Source: a virus (taxonomy: Duplodnaviria > Caudoviricetes). From it: a stretch of 55,281 bases of DNA. Below, piece after piece: positions 17,301-29,800 of the stretch (positions within the stretch are counted from its first letter, which is position 1; every line of letters starts with the position of its first letter). The notes under the pieces are model-generated. The model was not told the DNA's origin. It ran no database searches and saw only the letters and a program-made list of their open reading frames with translations. The stretch is from positions 1-55,281 of the IMG/VR virus record IMGVR_UViG_3300029309_000053; one strand, written 5' to 3'. The position numbers and the translations under genes are program-made.

Positions 17301-19983
17301 TTGAGCGAAGTCATACATAGGGTTGTTGGACGCAGCCACAAACCTTCCGTTCCAATCTCTAAGCCTTCCGTTCTGATCCAGCTTGCCCCCGCCGATACGT
17401 ACGTTCTCGAGGAACTGATGATAGTTGTTCGCGATAAGCATATCTGCCACCAGCGCTGGGTTAGATCTACCAAGCTGCTCAAGCGCGTTACGAGTTGCCT
17501 CGTTGTTGGCGTCTATCTTGTTTAGCTCTGTTTCTATCTTGGCAAGAACCGCTCTATCCGACTTGGTCGGAGTCATCAGGTAGTTCTCAGAAAGCTGAAC
17601 CCTCAAGGTGTCAAGCTTTCTTCTAGTCTTAGCTGGCAAAACATCGTTCATGAATTGCTGAAAAGCCGTGAGAGCTACAGTATCGTTGAACTGATCGTTC
17701 ATAAAGGTCCGCATGAAGCTGGCCTTAGCATTCTCCACAACGACAGAGCCGCCTGGCAAGAAGCCCATGTACTTGCCCACGTTAGCGCCGTGAGTTCCAA
17801 GCTCCTTCCCCACAAGGAACGCCTCAGACAAAGACTTACCCTCCATGAGGGCTGTGTCAAACCCCTGAGAGAATCCAGTCACAAACTCTGCGGCGCTCTC
17901 TTCTACGACACCTACACCTGTAGCAAGGGTAATACCAGCGGCGCCTCTTCCGATTCTGTAGAATACGTCAGCACCTGTTCCAGCCTTGTACCCTGTAGTG
18001 GCAAACGGAGAGAACCGAGTCCCCCTAAGGAACTTACCCGCGATACCTATGGTACCAGCAGACACCGCCTCACCGAAGCCTTCGGACATTCCGTATCTAA
18101 GAGAATGCCAGAACCTATCCTCAGGCGAAAGATCCTTAAGCAGCTCTTCATTCATAGACCCATAGTACCTGTCAGACCCCACCATAGCGGTAGTGAATGC
18201 GAAGGTTGGGGCTGCTGTAACAGCGAAAGCTGCAGCCATGCTCATGCCACCCGTGACAGGAGACAAGGCCAGGCCTGGTGCCATCATCGCGAGAGACACA
18301 GGCATAGACTGTATGGCCTCAAGCGCATACGTTCTCTCTATGTCTGATGCTATCTGCCTACCGATATCCTCTTTGATCTTCAGTCCGTTTGCAAGAAGGT
18401 CTGTCTCGAGGGATATGGCGTCCTTGCCAAAAAGCTTCCAGGTCTTAGCGTCGACGGCATACTGGCTCATCTGAAGCTGGAGCCTATACTGCTCAGCCTC
18501 TATTTCTTTTCTCTTCTCTAGATGCTTTTGTTTATTTCTCTCCTGTTCTTGCTCGGTTGCGAATCTAAACGGAAGGGCTCCTGGCATATCAAGCATTCGC
18601 TCGTCTATGACCAGTCCAGAAGCTGTACCCATTGCGTCTATTTGCTTCTCAAGCTCTAGGGTTCCTATATCCCAGCTAATATTAGCTTCATCCCAGAACT
18701 CAGCCTCATCACCGATGACATTGTTCTCGTCCAGCATGAACTTGAACATGTTTGGAGATACAGCAGTTCCCTTGAAGGACTGCTGTATGTCGTAGAAGTC
18801 GCTGCCAATCACAGACGTGCCAAAGACTTCGGCCTCGATATCCTTGGCGAGCTTCTCGAACTCTTCTGTACCCTTCTCTATTCCCTTAAGCTGCGCAATT
18901 CGGTTTACCTGCGCCGATAGGTTGGCGTTCATAAACTTCTTCAGAGCGTTTGCTTTGAGCTCTCTGACGTATTGATCGGTCAGGTCTCCTGACTGATCGA
19001 GCTGACTCTCAAGGGTTGCAATCTCTTTCTCTATGTCAGAAAGAAGGGCGTCACCCTGAGGAACTGACCTCATGCTCTTCAGGTAGTTTTCTTTTCTTAG
19101 CTTGACTGCATCCAGCTGTGCCCGAACAGAAGCCTTTCTCTCCTCCAAGAACTCAGGGCTAATCTCCGTGTTGAGGTACTCGTCAATAGACCCGTCCTCT
19201 AGGCTCAGTCCTCCAAGCAAGTCTGACGCATTGTACAGGGCTCTGGTTGAGATCTGATCTCCTATAAGAAGTGGGGCTCGCCCTTCGGGACGCATGATAT
19301 TAAATGCTGACCCTGGCAAGAACTGTCCAGTAACTGACTGCTGTGTAATAGAAAATTCTCCTGAATCTACACCAGCCTTGAATGCAACAGGGTCAATCTC
19401 CCTCAGCAGCCTCGTGGCATTGTCCTGAAAACCTGACTTGTAATTTTCGTAAGCAGATTGATATGCGTCAAATGACTCAGCATAAGGCTGATACACCTCT
19501 TGGTCGTACGCATTGGTTATGCTTTGCTCGTACGCTTGCACTGCAGGATCAAAGACCTCGGTTTTGTACGCCTCGTTTATCCTGTTGTTAGCGGCTTCTA
19601 GTTTAATGCGGTCCTGCGCAGCATCGCCTGTTGATATGACAGGGTCAAACCTATCTTGATTGACTTCGTACCAATCGTCAATGGACTGAGGCTGCTGAAA
19701 AGAAAATGTTTCTCCGTTCTGTTCGAACCAAGAGTCAAACGCCATGGGGTCTTCAGGCGCCGTAGGTGCGGTTAGTCCGTACTCATCGAGCAAAAGCTGG
19801 CCCGACTCAGACTCCGCTAGTATATCAAGAGCGCTTGGCTCCGAATCCGATTCTGTATTCTCTCCCTCCAATGGAGAAGAAGATGCCGAAGGAGATGGAA
19901 CTTCTGGTTCTAAAAAAAAAAGATTCCTCAGGTGGACCCATCAGTTCATCCAAGAACTCTTGATTGTTCTGGCTATCAGACAT
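11328..19983 (-). CDS. giant internal-virion/ejection polyvalent protein (zincin-like HExxH domain, LPD38-like C-terminus); probable start at ATG 19983 with a frameshift at T10 (19912-19921)
   Basis: 2847-aa ORF 11328-19871 begins at TTG; AFHEYTH motif; C-terminal AKNITVNFNRSG...YLFFNAA.Q...IPDYVKERN...LPIPYGY; promoter-linked ATG at 19983 is one base out of frame. Confidence 0.8.
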
Positions 19984-19998
19984 AGACTTTCTTTTTTA

Positions 19999-20006
19999 CA
20001 AATATA
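19999..20006 (-). promoter_or_regulatory. -7 promoter element TATATTTG
   Basis: Consensus; 15-nt A-rich leader to the ATG at 19983. Confidence 0.65.
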
Positions 20007-20010
20007 GCAA

Positions 20011-21603
20011 TTACACTCCAGCTGGCAATGACGCATTGATTTGTGCCGTCTCGTCATTCCAGTTGTTTAGTATCTCCATCCCCTTCAAGATCTGCTCTCT
20101 TCTTTCTCCCTTCACCCCAGCTACGCGACCTATTTGAGCCACGATGCTTATCCACTCTTGGTTAGGGGTAGAGTTGCCATCGATATTAACAGTAGTTGGC
20201 TCAACGAGAATAGGTATCTCCTTCTTGCGCTTAATCTTGTTCTCCTCGATAACAACTCCAGGGAGTGCTGACAGTCTTGAAATCTGCTCTTCAGTGTAGT
20301 TGTTCCTATCTTCTTCTATGTACGTTTCGGCCATAACAAAGAGCCTTCGAGATGTGTCCATACCCACAGAAGCTACCTTGTAGTTGTCCCCAACCATAGT
20401 TCTGCGAGCGCCGTTAAAAAACTCTGGGTTCCAACTAGATTCAACAGTAATTGTAGATCTTCCTGCGGTTGTTCTAGGGACCATAAGTGCTGTAATTCCT
20501 TCCCCATACGTATTGTCAGGAAGCACGGAGCCTAGCATCCGTGGTTGCATTTCTGCAAACGATTGAATATCAAATTGTTGTGACCCAGGAAAGGCTTCGT
20601 TAATCCCAGTAGTCTTGCCGTCACTGCCCTGAACCTCAACTAGATTTCCTCGCAAGAACTTCATAGTTTCTTCAACGTATTCTCTGAGCTGTATAGGTAC
20701 GTAGCTGCCGTCTCCTGGGTCGTTTTCTGCGTCTTTGGCAATGGCCGCCTGTGCAGCGGGACCGTAGTTCTGCTCAAAGGTTGCATTGGCTGTGGCAGCA
20801 ACCGATTGATTGCCCATAGCCGTGGCAGTAACCCAAGCTCTGAGCTCTGCCTCTCTTTGCTCAGGAGTCAGGCTTTCGTTTTTTCTCAACCTAGTGGCTG
20901 CAGCAGAAAAGTCCTTAGAGAACTTTCCTGGAAGCAGGTTGGCATACGGGGATGTTGTGGGGGCAAAGTACTCCTTGGCCCCGCGTGTTGGAGACTGATG
21001 TACTAAGCCGAACTGTGGCTGACCTTGCTCATTCATAAGTGGATTCCCATTGATATCCGTGTACATTCCGTACGCATCACCAGTAGCTGGGTCAATCTGT
21101 ATTGTAGACGGATCTACGCCCCCATTCTTCCAATTCTGTAGCTTTAGGTTGTAAGAATTTATGTCGTCCTTAAGCTCGAGAGTGTTATCCGTCCACTTCT
21201 CCGAACCAGACACCCATCCCTCAAGCTTAGCACGCTCGGCTTTTGTGTTATCCGTGTGCGCCTTTAGCTCCTCGAACCTTGTCTTAAGTGTAGCAACGTC
21301 TTGCTGGAACTCATCCCTGTTGTTGCCGCTGTAGTGGTAATTATCGATACGATCTTTCATCCACTGCTTTTTTACATTGAAGACTTCTCTGTCTATTTCA
21401 GACAGGCCCTCTACATCAAAACCATAAAGCTCCTTGGACTGATTGTCTTGAATCTTTTGCTGCTCGGCAGCAATAATCATTTGTTGCGCAGCTTGCTGCT
21501 GATTGCGTTGATCAATCAGCATAAGCTGTTGATCTACAATGTCAGAAAAAGTAGGCTGAGTAGCTTGAGGCTTAAGGTAGTCGTAGTACTTCTGTTCAGG
21601 CAT
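20011..21603 (-). CDS. putative internal virion (ejection) protein
   Basis: 530 aa; helical, Q-rich N-terminus; lies between the tail genes and the giant protein. Confidence 0.65.
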   Translation of the reverse strand: MPEQKYYDYLKPQATQPTFSDIVDQQLMLIDQRNQQQAAQQMIIAAEQQKIQDNQSKELYGFDVEGLSEIDREVFNVKKQWMKDRIDNYHYSGNNRDEFQQDVATLKTRFEELKAHTDNTKAERAKLEGWVSGSEKWTDNTLELKDDINSYNLKLQNWKNGGVDPSTIQIDPATGDAYGMYTDINGNPLMNEQGQPQFGLVHQSPTRGAKEYFAPTTSPYANLLPGKFSKDFSAAATRLRKNESLTPEQREAELRAWVTATAMGNQSVAATANATFEQNYGPAAQAAIAKDAENDPGDGSYVPIQLREYVEETMKFLRGNLVEVQGSDGKTTGINEAFPGSQQFDIQSFAEMQPRMLGSVLPDNTYGEGITALMVPRTTAGRSTITVESSWNPEFFNGARRTMVGDNYKVASVGMDTSRRLFVMAETYIEEDRNNYTEEQISRLSALPGVVIEENKIKRKKEIPILVEPTTVNIDGNSTPNQEWISIVAQIGRVAGVKGERREQILKGMEILNNWNDETAQINASLPAGV

Positions 21604-22798
21604 AGCCGTTCATTTTCTTTTCGTAGTAGTCGTCTTGGAACTGTGGTTCGTTGATGAATCTCACCGCATCATACAGCTGCATGAGGTCGTCTACGAGCTC
21701 TGGACTTAACTCGGTGCGGCCAGTTCTTACAGCCTCAAGCTCAAGCGGATCGATCTTGTCAAACCCTTGACGCATGTTGCCCGCATCAAACGGGTCGATA
21801 ACGTACTCACCCCCTGTCTGACGGATACCTGTGTCGACAAGCTGGCCGTGTTTACCTTGCGCCATGAGGATCATGTCGTTAGTGTCGTGGTCGTACTCGC
21901 CTGGGGTCTGCTGTACAGACCCGCCCGCAGAAAAGCCGTATGGGTTCTGCTCGGTCTCAATACCCAAAACCTGCTGGCCTTGATCTGAACCAACTTCAGG
22001 TGTCACAACCCCTGCCCCCTGCTGCGATGAGTCGATTTGAATCTGCTGATTTTCTGGAACAAAAGGAGTCTGTGGAACAGGGTCTGTAGACGGCTCGCCA
22101 CCCATGTTTCCGCTCATGTTTTTGAGCTGATTCTTTATCTGATCAATGCCGCCCGATTGAGCAAACTGACCAGCACCCATAAGGCCGATTTGAGCACCAC
22201 GACCTTTGCGCTGCTGAGCTAATAAACTTTCTTGCTGTGCGGCTGCAAGCTGCTGATTAACAGCATCTAGCTCACTAGCCTTTTGCTGATAGTCTTGCTT
22301 GAATCGGTTGAGGGCATCGGTCTGTGCCATCTGTAATCCCTGCCCGAACTGACCCTGTGCCTCTGCTCTTCTCTGTGCGTCCTCTGCAGACTCCTGTTTC
22401 ATGGCTTGAGCGTACAACTTTGACGGGTCTACACCAGCCTCAAGCGCCATAGCTTGAGCTGCCAGGTCATCGGCAGGATCTTCTGCAGGTGTTTGGAATC
22501 CCAGAATAGCCGCGTTACGTGTAGCCTCAGCCACGGTGTTAGGGTCCATAGACCCAGGAGCACGTATACTATCAAGCTCGCCGCGTATCGCTTCTGCTTG
22601 GCCGCCCAGATCCTCTATCTGAGCCTCTGCTTCTTTCTGTGCTCTGCGGCCACCAAAGAAATCAAGTGCGCCTGCACCCAAACGTAAGGCGCCTTGACGT
22701 CGCTGCGCTGTTTGTAACTGATTTTGATATGCCGCCCTTTGTTCGGGAGACATCTGTGCTAGACTCAATGCTGCAAGCCTATCTGTATAAGCGCTCAT
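21596..22798 (-). CDS. putative internal virion (ejection/pilot) protein
   Basis: 400 aa; Ala/Gln/Gly-rich with amphipathic segments; TPGEYDHDTN...TGGEYVI near the C-terminus. Confidence 0.65.
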   Translation of the reverse strand: MSAYTDRLAALSLAQMSPEQRAAYQNQLQTAQRRQGALRLGAGALDFFGGRRAQKEAEAQIEDLGGQAEAIRGELDSIRAPGSMDPNTVAEATRNAAILGFQTPAEDPADDLAAQAMALEAGVDPSKLYAQAMKQESAEDAQRRAEAQGQFGQGLQMAQTDALNRFKQDYQQKASELDAVNQQLAAAQQESLLAQQRKGRGAQIGLMGAGQFAQSGGIDQIKNQLKNMSGNMGGEPSTDPVPQTPFVPENQQIQIDSSQQGAGVVTPEVGSDQGQQVLGIETEQNPYGFSAGGSVQQTPGEYDHDTNDMILMAQGKHGQLVDTGIRQTGGEYVIDPFDAGNMRQGFDKIDPLELEAVRTGRTELSPELVDDLMQLYDAVRFINEPQFQDDYYEKKMNGYA

Positions 22799-22802
22799 GA
22801 TG

Positions 22803-22810
22803 CAAATTTA
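22803..22810 (-). promoter_or_regulatory. -7 promoter element TAAATTTG, 4 nt before the ATG
   Basis: Consensus; its first three bases are the TAA stop of the upstream gene. Confidence 0.6.
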
Positions 22811-23839
22811 GTTATTCTGACCTAAACTGTGGTCAAGTTTGGTTTGATGCTGGTCTATATTGATGGCGAACAGCTCGTAATAGTCCGATCCAGACCTCTC
22901 TAGGTCCAGTCTCATAAACTCCCCCCTCATGTCCTCTCCGTTTACTCCGACGGGAGTAATCGAGTACAAGTACACAGGCGCCTTTTCCAACAAAAGCCTA
23001 CCATTATTGTCTACAAGCTCAAGTTCTTCTCCGAAGTATGAGACTAACCCTGAGTAATAAAAGTCTGCAACGTTATTAACCTCAGGGAAATTATCGTTTA
23101 TATACATTATGGAATTTGTGTACGAATCGTATTCATACCTAGACTCGAAGCCATCCGTAAATTCCAGCTGTGTTTCCGAGTCGGTATAACTCACTACGGT
23201 TGAGGACGTCAATCCAGGCACATATCTAGACACCTCATCAGATATAGATATTGATTGATACGCACTAGCCGATTCATTATCTAGTCCAAAATCATATAAA
23301 TCTGCAACACTAAAACTCTTAAATAAAATACCAAGCTGCGAGGGTACGGTGTGAACCTTTCCTGATACTTTGATTTTATTTTTCATATATCCTGGCTGCG
23401 AAGCATTAAACAAGTCTCCAACAGTAGTTTTACCTACATAGGTGTATGTCATTTGCTTGTTAAGCGTATCCTTAGGGATATCTATGTAGTGCTTACCCTC
23501 TTTTGTTACAAGAGAATTAGAGTTAATAGAGCTTTTCTGAGTATCTCCCGTTCTAGTCTCGAAGTCAACCTTCCAACTACCCGAGGTAGACTCAACAGAG
23601 AAGGCCTCGTAAATTTTTGTAGCTGACGGATTGTTGTTGGTAATTACAGACAACTTCGATGGATATTGAGTACCGTAAAAATTGTTGTAGCTAGAGCTGG
23701 AGTCGTGCACCCACACTCCAGCGTTAGATTCAGACCTATTAAACGATATTAGATCGGTCTTTGTATTCGAATAATGAACTGGCTCAAATGAGTATTGAGT
23801 CTTCCAGTCAAGAGATTTTGTAGAAAATGCTATTGTCAT
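22808..23839 (-). CDS. tail nozzle/stabilisation protein, C-terminal part
   Basis: TIAFS...WKTQYSFEP...LISF...VWVH...NNFYG...KEGK.Y...MRGEFM pattern; in frame with the upstream ORF. Confidence 0.6.
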   Translation of the reverse strand: MTIAFSTKSLDWKTQYSFEPVHYSNTKTDLISFNRSESNAGVWVHDSSSSYNNFYGTQYPSKLSVITNNNPSATKIYEAFSVESTSGSWKVDFETRTGDTQKSSINSNSLVTKEGKHYIDIPKDTLNKQMTYTYVGKTTVGDLFNASQPGYMKNKIKVSGKVHTVPSQLGILFKSFSVADLYDFGLDNESASAYQSISISDEVSRYVPGLTSSTVVSYTDSETQLEFTDGFESRYEYDSYTNSIMYINDNFPEVNNVADFYYSGLVSYFGEELELVDNNGRLLLEKAPVYLYSITPVGVNGEDMRGEFMRLDLERSGSDYYELFAINIDQHQTKLDHSLGQNN

Positions 23840-23842
23840 AAC

Positions 23843-26800
23843 TTAACCTATAGTTGCTTGATCACCTCCGAAACTAGTAAAGTCAATTACTGATCTTCCG
23901 TTTGCTCTAAAGCATATTGGAAGTAAAATTTCTTCATTTAAACCGCCCTTATAAGTAGTCAATGCTTCTCTAACACTAGGCTCTAGCTGAAATAGAGCAT
24001 ATCCATTTAACGGGAATGGCTCCTCCCCTCTAAGAAGTTTTGTCACTAGGTTTTCAGAAGTGTTGTCTCCAAACACAAATCCGTCGCCTTCTTCTGAGAC
24101 ACTTCCTTCAGGGAAGTCGTCTTGAAGAAGCTGATCGAAAGGTATATTATAGAAGGGAAGGCCAGAGTTTTCTACAGTTGCGTCTATCGTAGTGCTATCA
24201 GCCATCTCAAAGGTTGTTAACCAATTCAAGGTGTCATCGACGATGGCCTCCTCTATGATGCCCGCAGCAATCATGAGGTCAAAGAACATGGAGCTATTTG
24301 CGTCTCCGTCCGCATCTTTGAACGATTTGATTGGAGCTATCAAGCAGAGATATGCTTTAAGCTGATTTATGTTTTTAACAACAGCAGGAAATAATCCACT
24401 GTCATCTACAGAGGTGTCCCACAGAAAAGCTGGAAGCCCTTCTGAGGTCCAAGGATCATTTCCTTTTGTAATATACTCCCTCCACTTAGACAGCAATGAA
24501 TTAGGTCCTGTATACGGTATGAAACAATTTTCGTTGCTGCTAAGAGAATTTCTCACGTCAATAGCGAATGCCTCAGAAGCAAAGCCTGTACCCTGGGCCG
24601 CTACAGAAAATACGTCAGGTCCCTCGAACGTACTGGTAAACCATGTCTCGAATTGATCTGCAGACACAACCCTGGTTCCGTCGTCATAGTCTACGCAATC
24701 AACGTTAAAGGAATAATATGGATTGAGTCCATTGACTGGGCTGAACAGAACAGCAACAACTGGTTCGTCGTTATCATCTACAACACCTTCCGCTCTCAGT
24801 GAGTTGGTTATCAAGGTATTAAGTTCTCCAACCGTAACCTCTGTGTTGTTCTGAACTATTTGATCAAGGTTGATTCTAATGCTGTTGTTTATAGAAAATG
24901 CTGCAGATGCAGAGCCTTGTTCAACCATCTCTGTTGAAAGCTCTTCAATTCCTATCCTGACTGGAGATAGTATATCATCGAGGTCACAGCACTTTGAGTA
25001 ATACTGACTGCGATCAACAACAACATTGCTTATAAATGCTGGGTTGCCGACGAGGTCCTCTGGCACCTCAAAGGCACCTGTGGTAAGAACAATTTCCTGA
25101 GCGGCAGATTCGGAAAAAACCTGAGCTACGCCGTCCCCTTGAGTAATTACAGAACCATTTCTAGAATAAGACGCTAGCTCTCTTTCCGTCAATAGATACT
25201 CTTTCTTTTTTGGGTCGTAACCGCCAAAGAACTTCATTACGTTTGTGCCCGTAGGGGTTTTCGTCAAGAGGTTTCTAAAAAAGCTTGACATTCCCTTTGC
25301 AGATATGTCCATTATGCCGTTACTTCCGCTAGACCTAAACACCTTACCGAGCTTGCTGCTTACGAAGTATGCAGCTGAGTCTATTATAGACACACTTTCT
25401 GGATGGTTTGTTCCAGCCTCTCCAGCATAGTATCTAGGCGTTCCTAAAACCTTAGATGACGCAATAAGACTTCGCTCATTGTCTGCTGTAGATATAATGT
25501 TTCTATCTACAGGCACATGACCGACTTTGGTCTCTTGCAAAATCATAATAGAATCGTTGGTGAAAGCCATGTAGTTAATAGGGCCTCCATCTTGTTCAAG
25601 ATCTTTATCGTCTGCTTGAGACGGATTGAATGAAGAGTATGCTAGCCTTTTCTTTTTTGGTAGATCTTTATCGCTATGAATGAGACTAGATGGTCTTATC
25701 CTCTCTCTGTCATTTGAATCTATCTTGGCTGGCCTTCCTATGGAAAGCGAGTCAGACTTAAATAAGTCTGACGCGCTAGACGCTTCAACAAAAATGCTTT
25801 CAAAGTTGGGCTCTCCCTCTCTCAAGAATCCGTCTTCGGTGTTGGCGTCACCATCGTCTGCAACACTTACGTATTGAGTCATTAGGCTCTGATACTGACC
25901 ATTAATAATAGGCTTTTGATTTAGAGCAGATAATCTAAAGAATACATCGCCCTGAGAAATCTCAATGGGGCCTGCCTCGTTGTTTTCATTTAGGTGAATT
26001 AGCGTCCCATCTTCTGCGGCGTCCACCTTAAATGTTGGGCCGACTTCGAAGTATAGCCTCTTGTCTTCATCAATTTCTTTTATCGGTCTAAATATCTCAA
26101 ACACTACGTTGTTGTCCCAGAAGCTTGAATCGTTTACTATGTTTCTAATTGCAAATCCTTCGTTAGCTGGATTGTCTCTTAAAATCAAGAACATGCCCTG
26201 CTTCCTGAAAAAATCTTCTTCATCTTCAAATGAAGTGGCATCAAGCAGGGGGTTATCTTCTGAGCTTCCTAAGCTCTCAACGCCAATAACATCAAATATA
26301 AAATTGTTAGGTAACCGCTTTTCCTGTTCGTCACCATTTACAATGCTGTTGTAAGATATAATTCTAACCTTGTCACCGCTCTCTGGCTGAAAAACAACAG
26401 GGCTACCTTCCTGAGATTTAGCCCCCCATGCGTCAGAGTAAGATATGGGATGGCCCTGAAGGTAATTCAGAGACATATATATCTTAGTCGCATTAAGGTC
26501 GGTAATATCTGCTGAATTAACTGCAAAGGCTCCGTCAGTGGAGTATTGGAAAAATTCAGAAACGGTTGTGTTTTTAGAGTATACAACCTTGTAGTGATGC
26601 GCCCATGGAGGGGGCGTCTCACCAGTCATATCTATACGAATATGTACAGGGCCAGCCTCTTCGTTCTGACGTTCTTGTGAAGAGTATCCTGGAACGTAAG
26701 CAGATCCTATGTAGTTTACTGGTCCTCGCCTACCTCGTTCGTCGAAGTATACAATCCCAAACTCGTGAGTAGCGCTTGACTTAAAAGACATAAGTGGCTT

Positions 26801-29800
26801 GCTAGAGTTGGTAGAAGAGTTAGTGGCAGACGCAACAACCTCTATATGGGGAGAAAGATTACCGTAAGATATTCCCGCAAACCCTGGGTGAGAGGGATGA
26901 TATCCACTATCCTCTGGATAAATAATTGCACCAAATGGATCAGGATTCAAAGCTATCTCAATCTCAGTAGCAAACTCCTCATAAGTAATGATTCCGTCAT
27001 TCAAATCTGACAATACTTGTTGTCTGTCGCTTTCGTCAAGTATAGGATATGGAAAGGCGGTAGGGAACAAGGGGAACTGCTCCTTAGGCGTATCGTTGAT
27101 GTCGGTGTAAAAAACATAAGGCAGCACTGTGGTCTGATCTGTCTGCGGAGGCAGCCACCCGCCTTCGATTGCGTTTAATGTGTTGTCACCTTGAGATCTA
27201 CCATTTAGGAACTGATAAGTACTAGGGCCTCCCTCGCCTGAGTCATAAAACCATCCGCCTGATTCAACAACACTAAGGTCGTCGTCGGCACCTTCGGCTT
27301 GAGTTGCCTGAGCTATATCCCTTAAATCGCCCCCTTGAGATATGCTAAACAGGGGGTTCATATTTATTCTGCCAGTAAAGTAAGGCCCGCTAAATATAGC
27401 TACAGCGGGAAACTCATCATCGCTTCCAAGGTTAGATGCTTGACCACCAATAACGTTTTTGCAGGCCTTGTCAGAAGGGATGCCAGTAGCCTCGGCCTTG
27501 CTTTTGTTTACAACATTTTCAAGAGAGCCAAAATCGATAATTCGAAAGTTATTGTTTCCAGAGCCAAGTCCATTAGTGTCAAACTGAAGCAGCCTACCAC
27601 CGACTCGGATAGAGTTTCTTCTATTTCTCTTGAAAGGAAGTAGCCTCCCAAGATCCCTAAGAACGTCTTTCTTTAAATTTTCAAGCTCACCTGAGTTTAC
27701 GTTGCTTTTATCTACAATCCCGTAGTGAGTAAACAGCACTTGACCCGTCATAGATCCTTGACTATTATTGCCGTATACGCTAAATGCACTATCAGGCCCT
27801 GGGTTTTCTCCCCCTGGGCCTGCTGCTCCGTCAAGCAAAGAAAACCTAAACTCGTTGTTCGTTTCGTCTATCTTGCAGGGATAGAAATGTCTATCCCCGT
27901 TTGGATTCAGAGGCAACCCATCGTCGTCTGTATCCCTCTCATTGAATATCCATCTACCAAAAGATCTATCTCCGTATCTATCTGTCTGAAGATCTGTCTG
28001 GGCTCTATCTAATCTAAACGTAAAAGAACTATTCTTAAAAACCTGACCCGAATATGTAAGCTGATCTTGAAGCTCATCGTAGTCTGAGTCGAGGTTGTCT
28101 ATCTGATCCATGCTTAGTGCCCACCAGGGAGAGCCTGGATCAGGCCTTCTTACGCAGGTGTAAAATCCGTCTGTAGCGTCAGGTACGATATCGTCTATCC
28201 TGAGGTGAAGCTGCCTACGTGTAGTGTCTCCGTCATCTCTCCTTGACTTCTGCAGGGAGAAAACAACACTTCCCTTGTTGAATATGAAGTGAGCTTGAGG
28301 CACACCTCTTTTGTTCCACAGCCCCTCATCATTAGGTAGTAAATCGTCTGAGTTGTCTATAACGTTTCCGCTGTCCTGCTCCTTGCCAGAGAACTGACAT
28401 GCTACAATAAGGTTTCTTTCTGGAGAACCTACGGGTAGCTGCTGCTTGTTAAACAGGTTAACATTGACTTCGTGTGTGTGCTTTATAGATGTGCCCTCTT
28501 CGTCAACCTCTATAATTTCTGATTGATTGTTTCCCTCTCCACCGAGATATTGCTCAAGAAACGAAGCAACAACAAGCTTTCCTTCGGCCACATCTTCAAG
28601 AATCTTAAACTTCACCTTGAACTTTACCAAGCCGCCCTGAATAATCAGAGGAGCTCCAGCGCTACTTCCAAAAGACATGACCCTCCTCTTAAATGAAGAG
28701 GTGTCTTTGTCCCAGTATTGCCACCTCAGGGGCTGCTGAGATTGAGATCCACCCTCATTGTATGTAGTAAATCCCTGCGTAGAGGCTAAGCCAGACCCGC
28801 CGTCTGACCTCGAAGACACACCAAAGTTTCTACCAAACAAAGCCCTGGTTCTAGGTGATATGTCAGAGAGGCCAGGCGCGGCGCCATGAATGCTAACTCC
28901 GTCCTCAGTTCTAAACTGACCGTTAGCTCTTCCGTATGGAGATCTGTTATATCCAGATCCAGTTTCCTGCCCTTTAGCAGGACTGTCGTTTGGCAAAAAC
29001 TCTACTGGATTTACATTTGTTCTAACGTCACTCTCTTGCCCGCCCATAGAGGTGGGATATCCAGCTATATTCAGGAACGACCACCCCCTAGCAAGAGACT
29101 GATGATAAGACCTATCCGCCTGATATACGTGAAAGTTTTTGTCTGGAGCAAACGATACAGAAAACTCAATAACTGCACCAGCACCAATTTCGTCTGGAAT
29201 TTCAGACGTATCTATTTCAAACCCAGAAGCCTTATTTCTTAAGGTTCCGAGAGATACAGAGTTGCGTACTTTTGCTATAGAAGGGACTACGCCGACAGTA
29301 AAGTCTACACCTTCGGAAGGGCGAGCCTTGTAAACAGGTACAATACTTGGTCCCAGGTTCGTAGAGTTATACCCCTCAACAAAATTACCATAAATCATTC
29401 TGTTGGACGCCTCAGATTGATGTTTTGCTTTTCTAGGAACATTGTCAAAAACCTTGCTGACCTCCGAGGGGGACACACCTAACGCAACCGAATTGTTGTA
29501 AAAGTTGTAGTGACGTACGGCTCCATCGTTTTTCCAGTTAGGGTCAGACGTGGCTTCGCCTATATTAGGCACCTCGGCAAGCTCCAAAAAGTTTGGTTTA
29601 TTGCCCTGCCTAAATAATATCTTTACAAATTCTATTTCGTCAGGAAGCGGAGGTACTATAATTTTGCATCTGTTGTACTTAAGTGAATCAACAGAGGCAC
29701 GAGCCCCTCTGTTGACAACAGAAGGGGGAAACGCTATATCTGAGTACGGGCCTATGGCAGTGGTACTGCCGTCGTAATAAACGCCCTGCACTGCAAACTG

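Noticed and set aside
11328-19871. crAss-like or N4-like virion RNA polymerase in the giant protein
   Set aside because: No DxDxD/DFDID or single-subunit RNAP motifs seen; host-sigma promoters are abundant.
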